NCBI GenBank assembly: GCA_016840165.1
Contig: JAEOSU010000051.1
Coordinates: 32,001-96,000, forward strand
Length of the DNA stretch: 64,000 nt
Direction of reading: 5' to 3'
From: Promethearchaeota archaeon
GTDB taxonomy: Archaea > Asgardarchaeota > Lokiarchaeia > Sigyniarchaeales > SOKP01
Shown: positions 1 to 10,807 of the stretch, one piece after another
How the letters are laid out: every line of letters begins with the position of its first letter
How positions within the stretch are numbered: the first letter of the stretch is position 1
Translations under genes and position numbers: made by a program
Notes under the pieces: generated by a model
What the model was told of the DNA's origin: nothing
Databases searched by the model: none
Seen by the model: only the letters and a program-made list of their open reading frames with translations

Positions 1-84
1 GAATTTCGTAAATATGTATTACGCAAAATCCAATTAGGATTAACAGACCCCAATCTTATCGTAGATGAATCCGATTATAAATAA
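1..84 (+). CDS. 3' end of a CDS entering from the left edge (…EFRKYVLRKIQLGLTDPNLIVDESDYK*)
   Basis: Frame 1 is open from base 1 to TAA at 82-84 and is followed by an AT-rich intergenic stretch. Confidence 0.55.
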   Translation, partial: EFRKYVLRKIQLGLTDPNLIVDESDYK

Positions 85-219
85 TAATAAATATCAATTA
101 ATTTTTTTAAAAACTCAAGTTTATAACTATAGTTATAAATAGACATCTATCATTAATTTTATTCATCAATCACTTTGCATTAAATGATATAAAATTAAAA
201 ATATGAGTAAAGAATAAAA

Positions 220-972
220 TTGATAGAAAAGGAATTTGAGACTGTTTTATATGAAAGTAAGAATAACATAGGTTATATTACTCTTAATAGACCAGAAAAA
301 CATAATGCTTTGAGTTCTCAATTACTCGATGATATAGATGCTGTTTTTGATTATGCAGAAGCAGACGATAAAGCCAATGTAATAGTATTAAAAGGAGCAG
401 GTAAAAGTTTTTGTTCAGGGTTTGATCTTAACCAATCTTATTATATTACACCTCCAGAAGGCGGTTGGAAATATAAAAATTCCTATGATATTTTAAACAA
501 GAAAATATTTGCAAAATATCCAAGGATTTGGGATTTTCCTAAACCAACTATTGCTCAAGTTCATGGGTATTGTACTGATGCAGGTTGTTATTTACAACTC
601 TTATGTGATATTACAGTAGCTGCTGATGATGCAGTTTTAGGTCATCCTGCTCAATTATGGGGCGGAGCACAAAGCTTGCCGTTATGGCAACTCTACTTGG
701 GAGTTAAAAAAGCACGATATCTTCTTATGAGCGGAAGAAGAATTTCTGGAAAAGAAGCTGCGGAAATGGGACTAGTGAGTATTAGTGTGCCTCGAGAAGA
801 CCTTGAAGCTGAAGTTAACAAGTTAGCTGCAGAGATTGCTAAAATACCGCCCGTAGGAGCTTTACATAGTAAGATCTCTCTGAACACAGATCTTAAGATA
901 AGAGGTATTGGTGCTTTATTCGAATATTATGGTCAAATGAATCGATACTGGAGATTATTTCAAAAAAGATAA
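220..972 (+). CDS. Enoyl-CoA hydratase/isomerase (crotonase) family protein
   Basis: ITLNRPEKHNAL, GAGKSFCSGFDL, PKPTIAQVHG and EAAEMGLV crotonase motifs; the usual catalytic Glu positions appear substituted. Confidence 0.9.
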   Translation: MIEKEFETVLYESKNNIGYITLNRPEKHNALSSQLLDDIDAVFDYAEADDKANVIVLKGAGKSFCSGFDLNQSYYITPPEGGWKYKNSYDILNKKIFAKYPRIWDFPKPTIAQVHGYCTDAGCYLQLLCDITVAADDAVLGHPAQLWGGAQSLPLWQLYLGVKKARYLLMSGRRISGKEAAEMGLVSISVPREDLEAEVNKLAAEIAKIPPVGALHSKISLNTDLKIRGIGALFEYYGQMNRYWRLFQKR

Positions 973-1170
973 CTAAATACTAATAAGAATTTTTAAGGAT
1001 TCTGTAATTTTTCTTTTTTATTCATTCAAGTAATTTCACCCTCTTTTTTTCTATAATTTTTTATATCATGGAACAAGCTAATATGTTTCTCCAGTTAATA
1101 AATAAGCTTAAAAACTGTAAATTGCTATGCATATGTTAAGAATATACTTAAAATAACAATATTTTCGTCG

Positions 1171-2304
1171 ATGTTATATAAAAAAGAACGACCCGCGATT
1201 TTAATGTTCAATGATGGTCGTTATTTCGAAGGCATCGGATTCGGTGCTACTAAGAAAGTCCATGGTGAAATTGTCTTTACAACTATTACGGGAGCAGGTT
1301 ATAATGAGACTCTTACTGATCCCAGTTATAAAGGACAAATTGTGGTAATGACTCACCCTTTAATAGGGAACTATGGTGTGCCAGCATGGGAAAAAGATGA
1401 AGTAGGTATTTGGAAATTTTTTGAATCGGATTCTATAAAGTTAAATGGGTTAATTGTAAATGAATGCTGTAAAAATCCTAGTCATTATGAAAGTGTTAAA
1501 ACTTTAAATGAATTTCTTTTAGAAGAAGACGTACCAGGAATTGAATGGATAGATACTCGTGCAATAACTAAGATCTTGCGTGAAGAAGGAGTTAAATTAG
1601 GATTATTAGCAGTATACAATCCAGGAGAACAACCAGATTTAGAAAAATTAAAAGAAGAAGCAAGAGAAGTAGAAGATCCTAACTTAAGAAATTTAGCCAG
1701 TGAAGTTTCTACTCAAGATGTGGTTCATTATAAGCCATTACAAATTAAAGGAAGGATTGTGGTATTGGATCTAGGGGTTAAATTAAACATATTACGAAAT
1801 TTTGTAAAAAGGCAGCTTGAAGTAATAGTAGTACCTCACTATTATAGTTATGAGCAAATTATAGCTTTAGATCCAAATGGAGTGTTCATTTCGAATGGTC
1901 CAGGCGATCCTGCAATATATAAAAATGCAATTGAAGTAACTCGCCAATTAATCGAAAATAACATTCCAACTATGGGAATATGCTTAGGTAATCAGATTAT
2001 TGGGTTGGCTGGAGGAGGGTCGTCTTATAAGTTAAAATATGGTCATAGAGGAGGCAATAAAACAGTTATTAATCCTTATACCAAAAGATGCTTTATTACT
2101 TCCCAAAATCATGGTTTTTGTGTTAAAGACTTCGAAAAGGGAGGGTTTAAGGAATTTCTAAAAAATATTGATGATGAATCCAATGAAGGGTTAATTCACG
2201 AACATAAAAAAGTATTAGCTGTGCAATTTCATCCCGAAGCATCCCCTGGACCTTTAGATTCCTTATATTTATTTGATAAATTTATTGAAATGATGGGGGT
2301 TTGA
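1171..2304 (+). CDS. carA: Carbamoyl-phosphate synthase small subunit
   Basis: TDPSYKGQ, PLIGNYG, SNGPGDP, GICLGNQ (catalytic Cys), TSQNHG, QFHPEASPGP. Confidence 0.97.
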   Translation: MLYKKERPAILMFNDGRYFEGIGFGATKKVHGEIVFTTITGAGYNETLTDPSYKGQIVVMTHPLIGNYGVPAWEKDEVGIWKFFESDSIKLNGLIVNECCKNPSHYESVKTLNEFLLEEDVPGIEWIDTRAITKILREEGVKLGLLAVYNPGEQPDLEKLKEEAREVEDPNLRNLASEVSTQDVVHYKPLQIKGRIVVLDLGVKLNILRNFVKRQLEVIVVPHYYSYEQIIALDPNGVFISNGPGDPAIYKNAIEVTRQLIENNIPTMGICLGNQIIGLAGGGSSYKLKYGHRGGNKTVINPYTKRCFITSQNHGFCVKDFEKGGFKEFLKNIDDESNEGLIHEHKKVLAVQFHPEASPGPLDSLYLFDKFIEMMGV

Positions 2305-2307
2305 ATC

Positions 2308-5300
2308 TTGCCCTTGGATTCTTCTATAAAGAAAGCTTTGGTTCTTGGATCTGGTGGAATTAGAATTGGTCAAGCAGGAGAATTTGATTATTCAGGTAGC
2401 CAAGTATTGAAAGCTTTAAAGGAGGAGGGTATAAAGACGATATTAATTAATCCCAATATCGCAACCATCCAAACAGACCCTTTACTTTCTGATCAAGTCT
2501 ATTTATTACCGATTAATGTGAGATATGTAGAAGAAATAATTAAGAAAGAACGTCCTGATGGAATTTTATTGGCATTTGGGGGCCAAACTGCATTAAACGT
2601 CGGTGTCGAACTGCAACAGAAGGGAATTCTAAATAAATATAACATTAAGGTACTTGGAACACCAATCGAAGCAATAGAAGCGACAGAAGACCGAGATTTG
2701 TTTGTTCAAGCGATGAATAAGGCAAATGCGAAAGTATGTAAAAGTAAAGCAGTAACCTCCTTTAAAGAAGCCATGAAGGCAACTGAAGAAATTGATTTCC
2801 CTCTCATGATTCGAGTAGCCTACACGTTAGGAGGCAGAGGTTCGGGGATAGTTGACAATGTAAAGGATTTTGAGCGAATGGCAAAGAAGGGTTTAGCTCA
2901 ATCTCGAATCAATCAAATTTTAATTGAAGAATCTGTTTGGGGTTGGAAAGAAATCGAATACGAAGTTGTTCGAGATGCCGCTGATAATTGTTTTATTAAC
3001 TGTAACATGGAAAACATGGACCCTGTTGGGATTCATACAGGTGAAAGTATCGTCATAGCTCCTTCTCAAACTTTGACAAATGAAGAATACCACATGCTCC
3101 GTTCAGCTTCAATTCGGATAATTCGAGGATTGGGCATAATTGGCGAATGTAATATACAATATGCTCTCCATCCCTATTCCAAAGAATTTAGGGTTATAGA
3201 GGTGAATGCTCGCCTTTCTAGATCCTCCGCATTAGCCTCGAAGGCAACGGGTTATCCTCTTGCTTATATCGCTGCAAAATTGGCAATTGGATATACTCTT
3301 CCTGAATTGAAGAACAAGATCACAGGAATTACAACAGCATGTTTTGAACCCGCCTTGGATTATCTGGTTTTAAAAATACCGCGATGGGATCTTACTAAAT
3401 TTCAGAAAGTTGACCGAAAAATAGGTTCTCAGATGAAAAGTGTCGGAGAAGTCATGGCAATAGGGAGAACTTTTGAGGAAACTCTACAAAAGGCAATTAG
3501 AATGTTAGATATTGGAATGAGAGGTTTTGTCGTTAATGATTTGGAACCTATAGAAGATGTTAATGAGCTTAAGTATGCCTTACGGCATCCTACTGATTTA
3601 AGATTATTCAGAATTGCTGAAGCAATGAAGAAAAAGATCTCAATAGAAGAAATATATCGTTTAACTCGTATCGATCGCTGGTTTCTTTACAAATTAAAAC
3701 ATATAATCGAATTAAAACGACGATTACAAGATATTGAACTATTAGAATCAAGTGATGAAGAAAAAAAATATTGGCTAGAGCGAGCAAAACGATTCGGATT
3801 CTCTGATGGTCAAATTGCTAGACTAATGAATGTGGATACCATTTTCATAAGACAAATGCGGAGGAGGTTGGATATTCATCCCTTTGTCAAAAGAATTGAT
3901 ACTCTAGCTGCAGAATGGCCTGCTAAAACAAACTATTTATATTTAACTTATAGTGCTTCTGAACATGATATCGATTTTGAGAAAGAACATAGCTCAAATC
4001 TTAAGAAAGTTGTCGTTTTAGGGTCAGGAACCTATAGAATTGGAGCATCTGTTGAATTTGATTGGAGTTCTGTGAACTGTCTATGGGGTTTAAAAGATTG
4101 TGGAGTAGATCAAGCGATTATGATTAATTATAATCCTGAAACAGTTTCAACTGATTATGATATATCGGATAAGCTTTATTTTGAGGAGTTATCTGGAGAA
4201 AGAGTTTTAGACATATGCGAATTAGAAAGAGCATACGGAATTGTTGTATCCGCGGGTGGACAGATCGCTCAAAATTTAGCGTCCAAGTTTGCAAAATATT
4301 CTGAATTCTTCAGAAAAACGGGAATTCACATCTTAGGGACTCATGGAAATCGCATAGATATGGCTGAAGATCGAGCAAAATTTAGTGCTTTATTAGATCA
4401 ACTAAACATTCAACAACCACAATGGAAAATGTTGACTACAGTTCAAGAGGCTTTGGATTTTGCTAAAGAAGTAGAATATCCAATATTAGTAAGACCTTCA
4501 TATGTTTTGAGTGGGGCAGCAATGAGAGTATCTTATGATAAAGAAACATTAATCAAAACTCTTGATCTAGCAGCAACGGTGTCTAAAGAATATCCTGTAG
4601 TAATAACAAAATTCTTCACTAATGCTCGAGAAGTTGAATGCGATGGTGTTGCCGATGGAGAAAATGTATTTATTGGAGCAATAGTTGAACATATCGAAAA
4701 CGCTGGTGTACACTCTGGAGATGCTACCATGGCAATTCCACCTCAAACCATTGCTAAAAATACTATTCAAAAAATAGAGCACTATACTAAAAAGATTGCT
4801 TTAGCACTCAAAATAATTGGTCCATTCAATATCCAATATTTGGTAAAGAATGGAGAAGTTAATGTCATTGAATGTAATCTACGTTCAAGTAGAAGCATGC
4901 CTTACGTATCCAAAACGCGTGGAATCAATCTTATGAAATTAGCCGCAGAGGTGATTATGGGAAATAAAATCCCCGAACGTCTTTTAAATTTAGCATATGG
5001 AAATTATGTTGCAATTAAAGCCCCAATGTTTTCTTTTGTAAGATTAGATAAAGCAGATTACCTTTTAGGAGTAGAAATGAGTTCAACTGGAGAAGTGGGA
5101 TGTATCGGTGAAAATTTTCCTGATGCTTTAATGAAGGCTTTAGAATCTACTGAGATGCATATTCCTACTGAAGGTGGCAATATTCTTATTTCTGTAGGAG
5201 GAGAGAAATTGAAGGAAAAAATAGTACCATTAACGAAGAAGATAAAAAAATTAGGATTTACGATATTTGCTACGGAAGATACGAAAAGAACTCTAGAAAA

Positions 5301-5619
5301 AAATGGGATTGATGCCGTTAAACTTTATAAAGTACACGAGTACGGATTGGAGCCAAATATCATTCAATGTCTTCAAGAAGGGCGTATTGATATGGTGATT
5401 AATATTCCCTTGCCAACTACCGCGGAAGAGAAGTTTAAAATAATTATGCAAGATGAATATCAAATTCGAAGAACTGCGGTTGATTATAACATACCAGTAA
5501 TTACTAATTTTCAATTAGCTCAGGCTATAATTGATGCAATAGAACAAATACGAAATAAAAAAACTTCAATCAATTCACTGAATGAATACCATAAGGCCTT
5601 AAAAGAGATATACTGGTAA
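2308..5619 (+). CDS. carB: Carbamoyl-phosphate synthase large subunit
   Basis: IGQAGEFDYSG, two ATP-grasp halves (HTGES, EVNARLSRSSALASKATGYP; RPSYVLSG, HSGDA) and a C-terminal MGS-like domain; TTG start. Confidence 0.98.
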   Translation: MPLDSSIKKALVLGSGGIRIGQAGEFDYSGSQVLKALKEEGIKTILINPNIATIQTDPLLSDQVYLLPINVRYVEEIIKKERPDGILLAFGGQTALNVGVELQQKGILNKYNIKVLGTPIEAIEATEDRDLFVQAMNKANAKVCKSKAVTSFKEAMKATEEIDFPLMIRVAYTLGGRGSGIVDNVKDFERMAKKGLAQSRINQILIEESVWGWKEIEYEVVRDAADNCFINCNMENMDPVGIHTGESIVIAPSQTLTNEEYHMLRSASIRIIRGLGIIGECNIQYALHPYSKEFRVIEVNARLSRSSALASKATGYPLAYIAAKLAIGYTLPELKNKITGITTACFEPALDYLVLKIPRWDLTKFQKVDRKIGSQMKSVGEVMAIGRTFEETLQKAIRMLDIGMRGFVVNDLEPIEDVNELKYALRHPTDLRLFRIAEAMKKKISIEEIYRLTRIDRWFLYKLKHIIELKRRLQDIELLESSDEEKKYWLERAKRFGFSDGQIARLMNVDTIFIRQMRRRLDIHPFVKRIDTLAAEWPAKTNYLYLTYSASEHDIDFEKEHSSNLKKVVVLGSGTYRIGASVEFDWSSVNCLWGLKDCGVDQAIMINYNPETVSTDYDISDKLYFEELSGERVLDICELERAYGIVVSAGGQIAQNLASKFAKYSEFFRKTGIHILGTHGNRIDMAEDRAKFSALLDQLNIQQPQWKMLTTVQEALDFAKEVEYPILVRPSYVLSGAAMRVSYDKETLIKTLDLAATVSKEYPVVITKFFTNAREVECDGVADGENVFIGAIVEHIENAGVHSGDATMAIPPQTIAKNTIQKIEHYTKKIALALKIIGPFNIQYLVKNGEVNVIECNLRSSRSMPYVSKTRGINLMKLAAEVIMGNKIPERLLNLAYGNYVAIKAPMFSFVRLDKADYLLGVEMSSTGEVGCIGENFPDALMKALESTEMHIPTEGGNILISVGGEKLKEKIVPLTKKIKKLGFTIFATEDTKRTLEKNGIDAVKLYKVHEYGLEPNIIQCLQEGRIDMVINIPLPTTAEEKFKIIMQDEYQIRRTAVDYNIPVITNFQLAQAIIDAIEQIRNKKTSINSLNEYHKALKEIYW

Positions 5620-5672
5620 GTTAATTTATATATATTTTAAATATAAATAAAAAAAAGATAAGAATTTTTAAT

Positions 5673-6647
5673 TTATTTGCGTTGAATTTTTGTAAAAATC
5701 CATGGAACTAAAGTTACCAGTATGAATGATAGGATAAAATATTGCAGAAGATCCATAATATGATCAATAATAGAATCAAATTCGGGAAAGATAAGGCTTA
5801 ATCCGAAATAAAGTAGTAAAGTAATTGCGAGTCCAATAGCTAAATTAATAATTCTTTGAGTTGTTGATAAATTTGTTGGTTCATATTTTATTTTTTCCGT
5901 TTCAATAATGTATCCTAATGAAAGCCCCATTAAGCCCCCACATATTAATCCATAACTTTCTTCTGTAGTAGGAAAGATTAATATCGCTAATATGAATAAG
6001 AATATTGGAATAAATATAGAAAGTATAGCTTTAATTAAAAAAGAAAGACTACTGAGTTTTTCGGATACCTTTGGCTCAAGAAATATTAATAAGATAAGCC
6101 ATATAAATCCGATTGTTAATCCGCCCCAAACGTCCTGCAAGTCATGGACTCCTATAACTAATCGTGAACCTGCAATAAGATATAACAGAATTGCAAAAAT
6201 CCAAAATAATATTTTATTATCCTTGCGATATGCCTCATATGCTAAATATCCCCAACCCACTGCACCATTTTGTGCATGCCCTGAGGGAAAACCATTTCCA
6301 CTTTCGTTAGCTTTATAGTTTGTAGCAGGACGTGGATCTTGAAAGATATCTTTTAAAAAACTGCAAAAATAGTAAGAACTAAGGATACCTATAGCTAAAT
6401 TTTTTGCAAATCGTTTATCATATATGTACCAACTTGCCACGATAATCAAGAGGAATATTAAAACAAGGATTTTAGTGTCGATAACCGAAAAAATTGCAAA
6501 GGTGATATCATTATCAATAAAGAGATCATTAAAGAATAAATTAAAACCGGTTAAGTAGAGAATTAAACCAATTATAAAGGTAACTGCTGTTATCGCTAGT
6601 AAATATAGCATTAATTTACCATTAGATTTGTCATTCATTATTTTCAC
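5673..6647 (-). CDS. PAP2-family integral membrane phosphatase
   Basis: KxxxxxxRP (KDIFQDPRP), FPSGH and SRxxxGVHxxxD motifs; multiple TM segments. Confidence 0.92.
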   Translation of the reverse strand: MKIMNDKSNGKLMLYLLAITAVTFIIGLILYLTGFNLFFNDLFIDNDITFAIFSVIDTKILVLIFLLIIVASWYIYDKRFAKNLAIGILSSYYFCSFLKDIFQDPRPATNYKANESGNGFPSGHAQNGAVGWGYLAYEAYRKDNKILFWIFAILLYLIAGSRLVIGVHDLQDVWGGLTIGFIWLILLIFLEPKVSEKLSSLSFLIKAILSIFIPIFLFILAILIFPTTEESYGLICGGLMGLSLGYIIETEKIKYEPTNLSTTQRIINLAIGLAITLLLYFGLSLIFPEFDSIIDHIMDLLQYFILSFILVTLVPWIFTKIQRK

Positions 6648-6838
6648 ATTTATTTTTCTAAGAGAATATATTATTGGTTGATCATTTTTTGATAAAATTC
6701 TATATATAACTTTCCTTATTTTATACTATAAAAACATTAAAATTACCGGTTCTCTCCATAGAAAATAGAATGATTTGATTAATAGAAAGTTTGAAAAAGT
6801 TTAAAACACTAATATTTAAAATCGCTACAAAATGAGAT

Positions 6839-7135
6839 GTGTGGTGTTTATTAATTTATTATCGTGGATATATCCTAATACGCTTGAAAATTATTGATAC
6901 ACAATGGAAAATAGTGGATAAACTTAAAACACTTCGTCCAAACAAGGATCAAGATTGGAAAATTACCTATACATCTCCTACCTATGGCGGTTGGGACTTA
7001 ATTATTGAATGTATGTTTTCAAACCTTGATGATCTAGAATCTATAGTATCATTTTGTCGCTTTGATCCCGAATTAAGCCGATGGATCGAGGCAACTACTA
7101 CCTTAATAAGCACCAAAAAAAATTATTCTGGTTAG
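6839..7135 (+). CDS. Stand-alone Lrp/AsnC ligand-binding (RAM-like) domain protein
   Basis: YGGWDLIIE…LDDLESIV…IEATTTLI resembles the AsnC C-terminal domain; no HTH; start uncertain. Confidence 0.6.
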   Translation: MWCLLIYYRGYILIRLKIIDTQWKIVDKLKTLRPNKDQDWKITYTSPTYGGWDLIIECMFSNLDDLESIVSFCRFDPELSRWIEATTTLISTKKNYSG

Positions 7136-7333
7136 ATTAGATTATTTTTATGCGATATAATGAAAATTCTTTAGTTATATAATAATTTTAATATATTTTG
7201 AGATTAACAATTTAAAACTAAATATATATTTCAGTAAAAGCTTAATAATTAACTATATATTATCATCTTCGAATATTAGAAATAAATATCTTCTATAGAT
7301 AAACTAAATTGATAATTTACGGAATGATTAATC

Positions 7334-7993
7334 ATGGAATTAAGTGAAAAAGAGTTGAATAAATTAAATATTGATGAATTAACTCGGTTATTCACAGATA
7401 ATATTAACGAACAGAATTTACAATTAATTAGCGGTATTGAATCTCTCGTAGAAGAAGATTTTGATACTTTTAAAAAAAAGTTGAATTATGTCATCAAAAC
7501 CACTACTGAAGTTCAGATTAAGAAAACATTTGAGAATAAGATTTTTAAATCAAAACTTATGTTTTCAAAAGCCGACAGGTTAAAAGTTTTCGGAAAAATA
7601 AATGATATTAAAAATATTGGGGAATTTATGGCAAATAGATTACTACTCTATCGTGCTATTTTTCCAGATGAAGAATTTAAACTCAATATTTTGAGTATAC
7701 TGAAATCCTTACGTATGATTTCTCTAAATTTATCAAAAGCAGTTAAACAAATTGGCTCAGATTTAAGAGATTCTTATAATATCTGTGAGGATATAAAAGA
7801 AGAAAGGCGAAAAATGAGAAAAGAAGAATGGAAATTATTGAATCGTTTATACAATTATGAGATGGATTATTTATCAAGGACTTTCTTATATCTCAAAAAC
7901 CTAATTGAAGATATTATGATGCTTGCTGATCACATTAAAAGCTTCTCAGAATATATCCAATTTTTAGGAACCAAATATTTAATATTCGACTAA
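7334..7993 (+). CDS. DUF47/PhoU-like helical protein (divergent)
   Basis: All-helical, about 220 aa, with an FSKADRL motif and a C-terminal 'IEDIMMLADHI'; directly upstream of PiT. Confidence 0.65.
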   Translation: MELSEKELNKLNIDELTRLFTDNINEQNLQLISGIESLVEEDFDTFKKKLNYVIKTTTEVQIKKTFENKIFKSKLMFSKADRLKVFGKINDIKNIGEFMANRLLLYRAIFPDEEFKLNILSILKSLRMISLNLSKAVKQIGSDLRDSYNICEDIKEERRKMRKEEWKLLNRLYNYEMDYLSRTFLYLKNLIEDIMMLADHIKSFSEYIQFLGTKYLIFD

Positions 7994-8014
7994 ACTCAAA
8001 AATGATGAAGAGCG

Positions 8015-9043
8015 ATGGCGGATATAACTTCTATTTTAGTTTCAATCTTGGTTATAATGGCTATCTCCCTAGCGTTTTCAATTGGAGCTAACGATGAGAC
8101 TTTATCCGTTTTGGTTGGAGCTGGAGTCCTCAAGTTCAAAATTGCTCTAATAATTGGAGGTATTGCCATAGGTTTGGGGATGGTTTTGTTTAGTGGGGGA
8201 TATGTTGCTAAGACTGTAGGTGCAGATATATTAGGTGAAGGGATTCAATATACAAGGTTTATGATATTAACAGTATTGATAAGTAGTATCTTATGGTTAG
8301 TTGTTGGGAGTTTTGCTGGCATTCCTTTGAGTAGTACTCATTCATTAATAGGAAGTGTTGTTGGGGTTGTTATTATTTATGCTATATTTCAAGGAAGTAT
8401 AAATCTTGAAACAGCGTTTAATTGGGATAAGTTAGGAAATGTACTTCTAAGTTGGGTCATATCTCCATTGTCTGGTTTAATAATAACATATATTATTTTT
8501 AAAATCATTGTTAAAGTATATTTGTATCGTTTAAAAGGATTGAATCAAATTGAAAAATCTGAAAAATATTTTAAATGGATTTTACTTTTAGTGGTCATAT
8601 TTGCAGAGATATGGGTAGGTGCAAATTCAGGAGAAGCTTTAGGAATCCTCTATGGTCTATTAGCAAATAGTTCCTTGAATATACAGCAATATTTCTTTTT
8701 TTCGGTGATATGTGGAATATTTGCATTTTTAGGAATCTATATTGCTGCTCGATATGTAATAAAAAATCTTGCATCACAAATGATTGACTCTCGACCAAGT
8801 GAAGGAATAATTGTACAATTTAGTTCATCAGTAATTTTAATGATTGCCACATTCTTCGGATTACCAATATCTCACAGTCATGTCATAGTATTCTGTATAT
8901 TAGGATTAAGCATTGCTCAAAAAAAAGAGATTGATTACAAAGGACTGGGTAAAATGGCTATGTATTGGCTATTAACGTTTCCCATAGCTGCGATATTATC
9001 AGCATTATTATATTTTGGATTAGGTAGTATAGGGTTGATCTAA
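8015..9043 (+). CDS. PiT (PHO4) family inorganic phosphate transporter, divergent
   Basis: GAND, GIPLSSTH and GLPISHSH motifs; about 9-10 TM; flanked by DUF47 genes. Confidence 0.85.
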   Translation: MADITSILVSILVIMAISLAFSIGANDETLSVLVGAGVLKFKIALIIGGIAIGLGMVLFSGGYVAKTVGADILGEGIQYTRFMILTVLISSILWLVVGSFAGIPLSSTHSLIGSVVGVVIIYAIFQGSINLETAFNWDKLGNVLLSWVISPLSGLIITYIIFKIIVKVYLYRLKGLNQIEKSEKYFKWILLLVVIFAEIWVGANSGEALGILYGLLANSSLNIQQYFFFSVICGIFAFLGIYIAARYVIKNLASQMIDSRPSEGIIVQFSSSVILMIATFFGLPISHSHVIVFCILGLSIAQKKEIDYKGLGKMAMYWLLTFPIAAILSALLYFGLGSIGLI

Positions 9044-9107
9044 TAAAATATAAATGTAAAATTATTTATTTAATACAAGAATCAAAAATAAAAGGAAGGT
9101 AAGAAAA

Positions 9108-9791
9108 ATGGGGTCATTAATCGAGTTTTTAAAGAGAGAAGTTGCATTAAATGCTTTAGAGAAATCAATAAATCATGCAAAGATCGTTCAGTCATGTGTT
9201 GAGGAATTAGGAAAGGGCTTAACGCTTTTATTGCAAGAGAGAAAACCAGATCAAGCCCAAGAAGTATTTCATAAAGTGGATATCATCGAGAATAATGCAG
9301 ATAAATTGAGAAGAGAAATTCAAAAAGATATTAGTAGAGGAGAATTAAATCCAAGCGTTAGACAAAATCTATCCCATCTAGTAAAAAGAATGGATGATGT
9401 GGCTAATTGTTGTACGGGAGTTGCTCGAAGAATAAATACCGTACCCGAAAAATTTTGGGATCAATCCAGTAAAGAGAGCATCCAGATTGTTCTTGAGATG
9501 ATGGATAACACAGTTTCTTGTTCAAAATATTTAGATAAAATCCTTATTGATCTCCTTGAGGAAAGAGAAAATCTTAAGGAATATTCACGACAGATTAATC
9601 AATATGAACATCAAATAGATTTGCTTAATATCAAATTAAGAAAAAATCTTCAACTAACACATTATGATGTAAATCAATTTACAGTTTTCACGGTAGGAAA
9701 TGTTTTTGATATTCTCGAAGCTATTTCAGATTCAATTGAAGGTGTAGCAGATTATATAATGGTGTTGGTAACAAGTACAGAATCTATCTAA
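9108..9791 (+). CDS. DUF47 phosphate transport regulator (PhoU-like)
   Basis: ENNADKLRREI, RMDDVAN, EHQID, ISDSIEGVAD; the usual PiT partner. Confidence 0.88.
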   Translation: MGSLIEFLKREVALNALEKSINHAKIVQSCVEELGKGLTLLLQERKPDQAQEVFHKVDIIENNADKLRREIQKDISRGELNPSVRQNLSHLVKRMDDVANCCTGVARRINTVPEKFWDQSSKESIQIVLEMMDNTVSCSKYLDKILIDLLEERENLKEYSRQINQYEHQIDLLNIKLRKNLQLTHYDVNQFTVFTVGNVFDILEAISDSIEGVADYIMVLVTSTESI

Positions 9792-9800
9792 ACTTCTTAA

Positions 9801-10805
9801 TTATATTAGATTATTGATAATTATTTCAGAGATATCTGACGAATATTCTCCAGTTCTCCGAATACTCTCGATAATGTAACCAATTTCAACAACAAACTCA
9901 GCGCTATTTCTTTCACTAAATTCAATTTTTTCACATTTGTAGGTTAATTTTTCAATGGATTCAATATTCTCATTTGCTAAGCTTAAACTTTTTTGTAGCC
10001 AGGCATCTAGACTCAGATTTAGCAGCTCTAAGGATAATTTACTTACCTCAGTAATGTTATTCAGTAAAATTTTATCAATTTTCTTAAAGTCAATTCTTAA
10101 GACACTCTTTGCGATTTTTACAGCATGATCTGCAATTCGTTCTAAAAATCTGCTGATTAATTGAAAATTACTCGCATCTTCTAAAGTGATATTCATTTTT
10201 TGACATAAGATAATATCTCGTAAGACGATATGAGCTTGACGTTCCACTAACCAATTCAACCTATCAATCTGATCATCTCTATTGATGACTTGCTCTGCTA
10301 AGTTCTTATTACCACTTTCTAAGGCTCTAACAGCATCCTCATGCATATTTTGTGCTAAAATATACATCCTTTTTATTGTTTTATCGAATGGCATCTCTTT
10401 TGGATCAAGTAGATCTTTTATTAAAATCGTATTACTAGTTTCTTCAATAATCTCAGGACCCATTGCGATATTTATAAAACTTTCAATGGTACTTCGCACT
10501 TGATGTTGCAATTTTTTACTAGACTTGATCTTAATAATACTATATCCCATAATATATGCTCCAATTAGTAAGCGAAATAGGAAATCTGAATTATTTATCT
10601 CATCAATATCAAATGATCTTTCTTTGATATATTGCTCAGAATATATATAGGGAGTGATCATTAAATTTCCATCAGGTTGGGGCAGTATCCCGATTGTATC
10701 TTTTGCTTGAATTCCGTGACGATCAATCCATTCTTTAGGTAGGGACACAATATAACTACTACCGCCAGTCTGCTGGACTTTTCGCGTTTCGATATTATAT
10801 GTCAT
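9801..10805 (-). CDS. phoU: Archaeal phosphate uptake regulator (AbrB/SpoVT N-terminal DNA-binding domain + PhoU repeats)
   Basis: ETRKVQQTGGSSYIVSLPKEW (AbrB-like), LIGAYIMG, DDQIDRL, LERIADHA. Confidence 0.93.
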   Translation of the reverse strand: MTYNIETRKVQQTGGSSYIVSLPKEWIDRHGIQAKDTIGILPQPDGNLMITPYIYSEQYIKERSFDIDEINNSDFLFRLLIGAYIMGYSIIKIKSSKKLQHQVRSTIESFINIAMGPEIIEETSNTILIKDLLDPKEMPFDKTIKRMYILAQNMHEDAVRALESGNKNLAEQVINRDDQIDRLNWLVERQAHIVLRDIILCQKMNITLEDASNFQLISRFLERIADHAVKIAKSVLRIDFKKIDKILLNNITEVSKLSLELLNLSLDAWLQKSLSLANENIESIEKLTYKCEKIEFSERNSAEFVVEIGYIIESIRRTGEYSSDISEIIINNLI

Positions 10806-10807
10806 AA

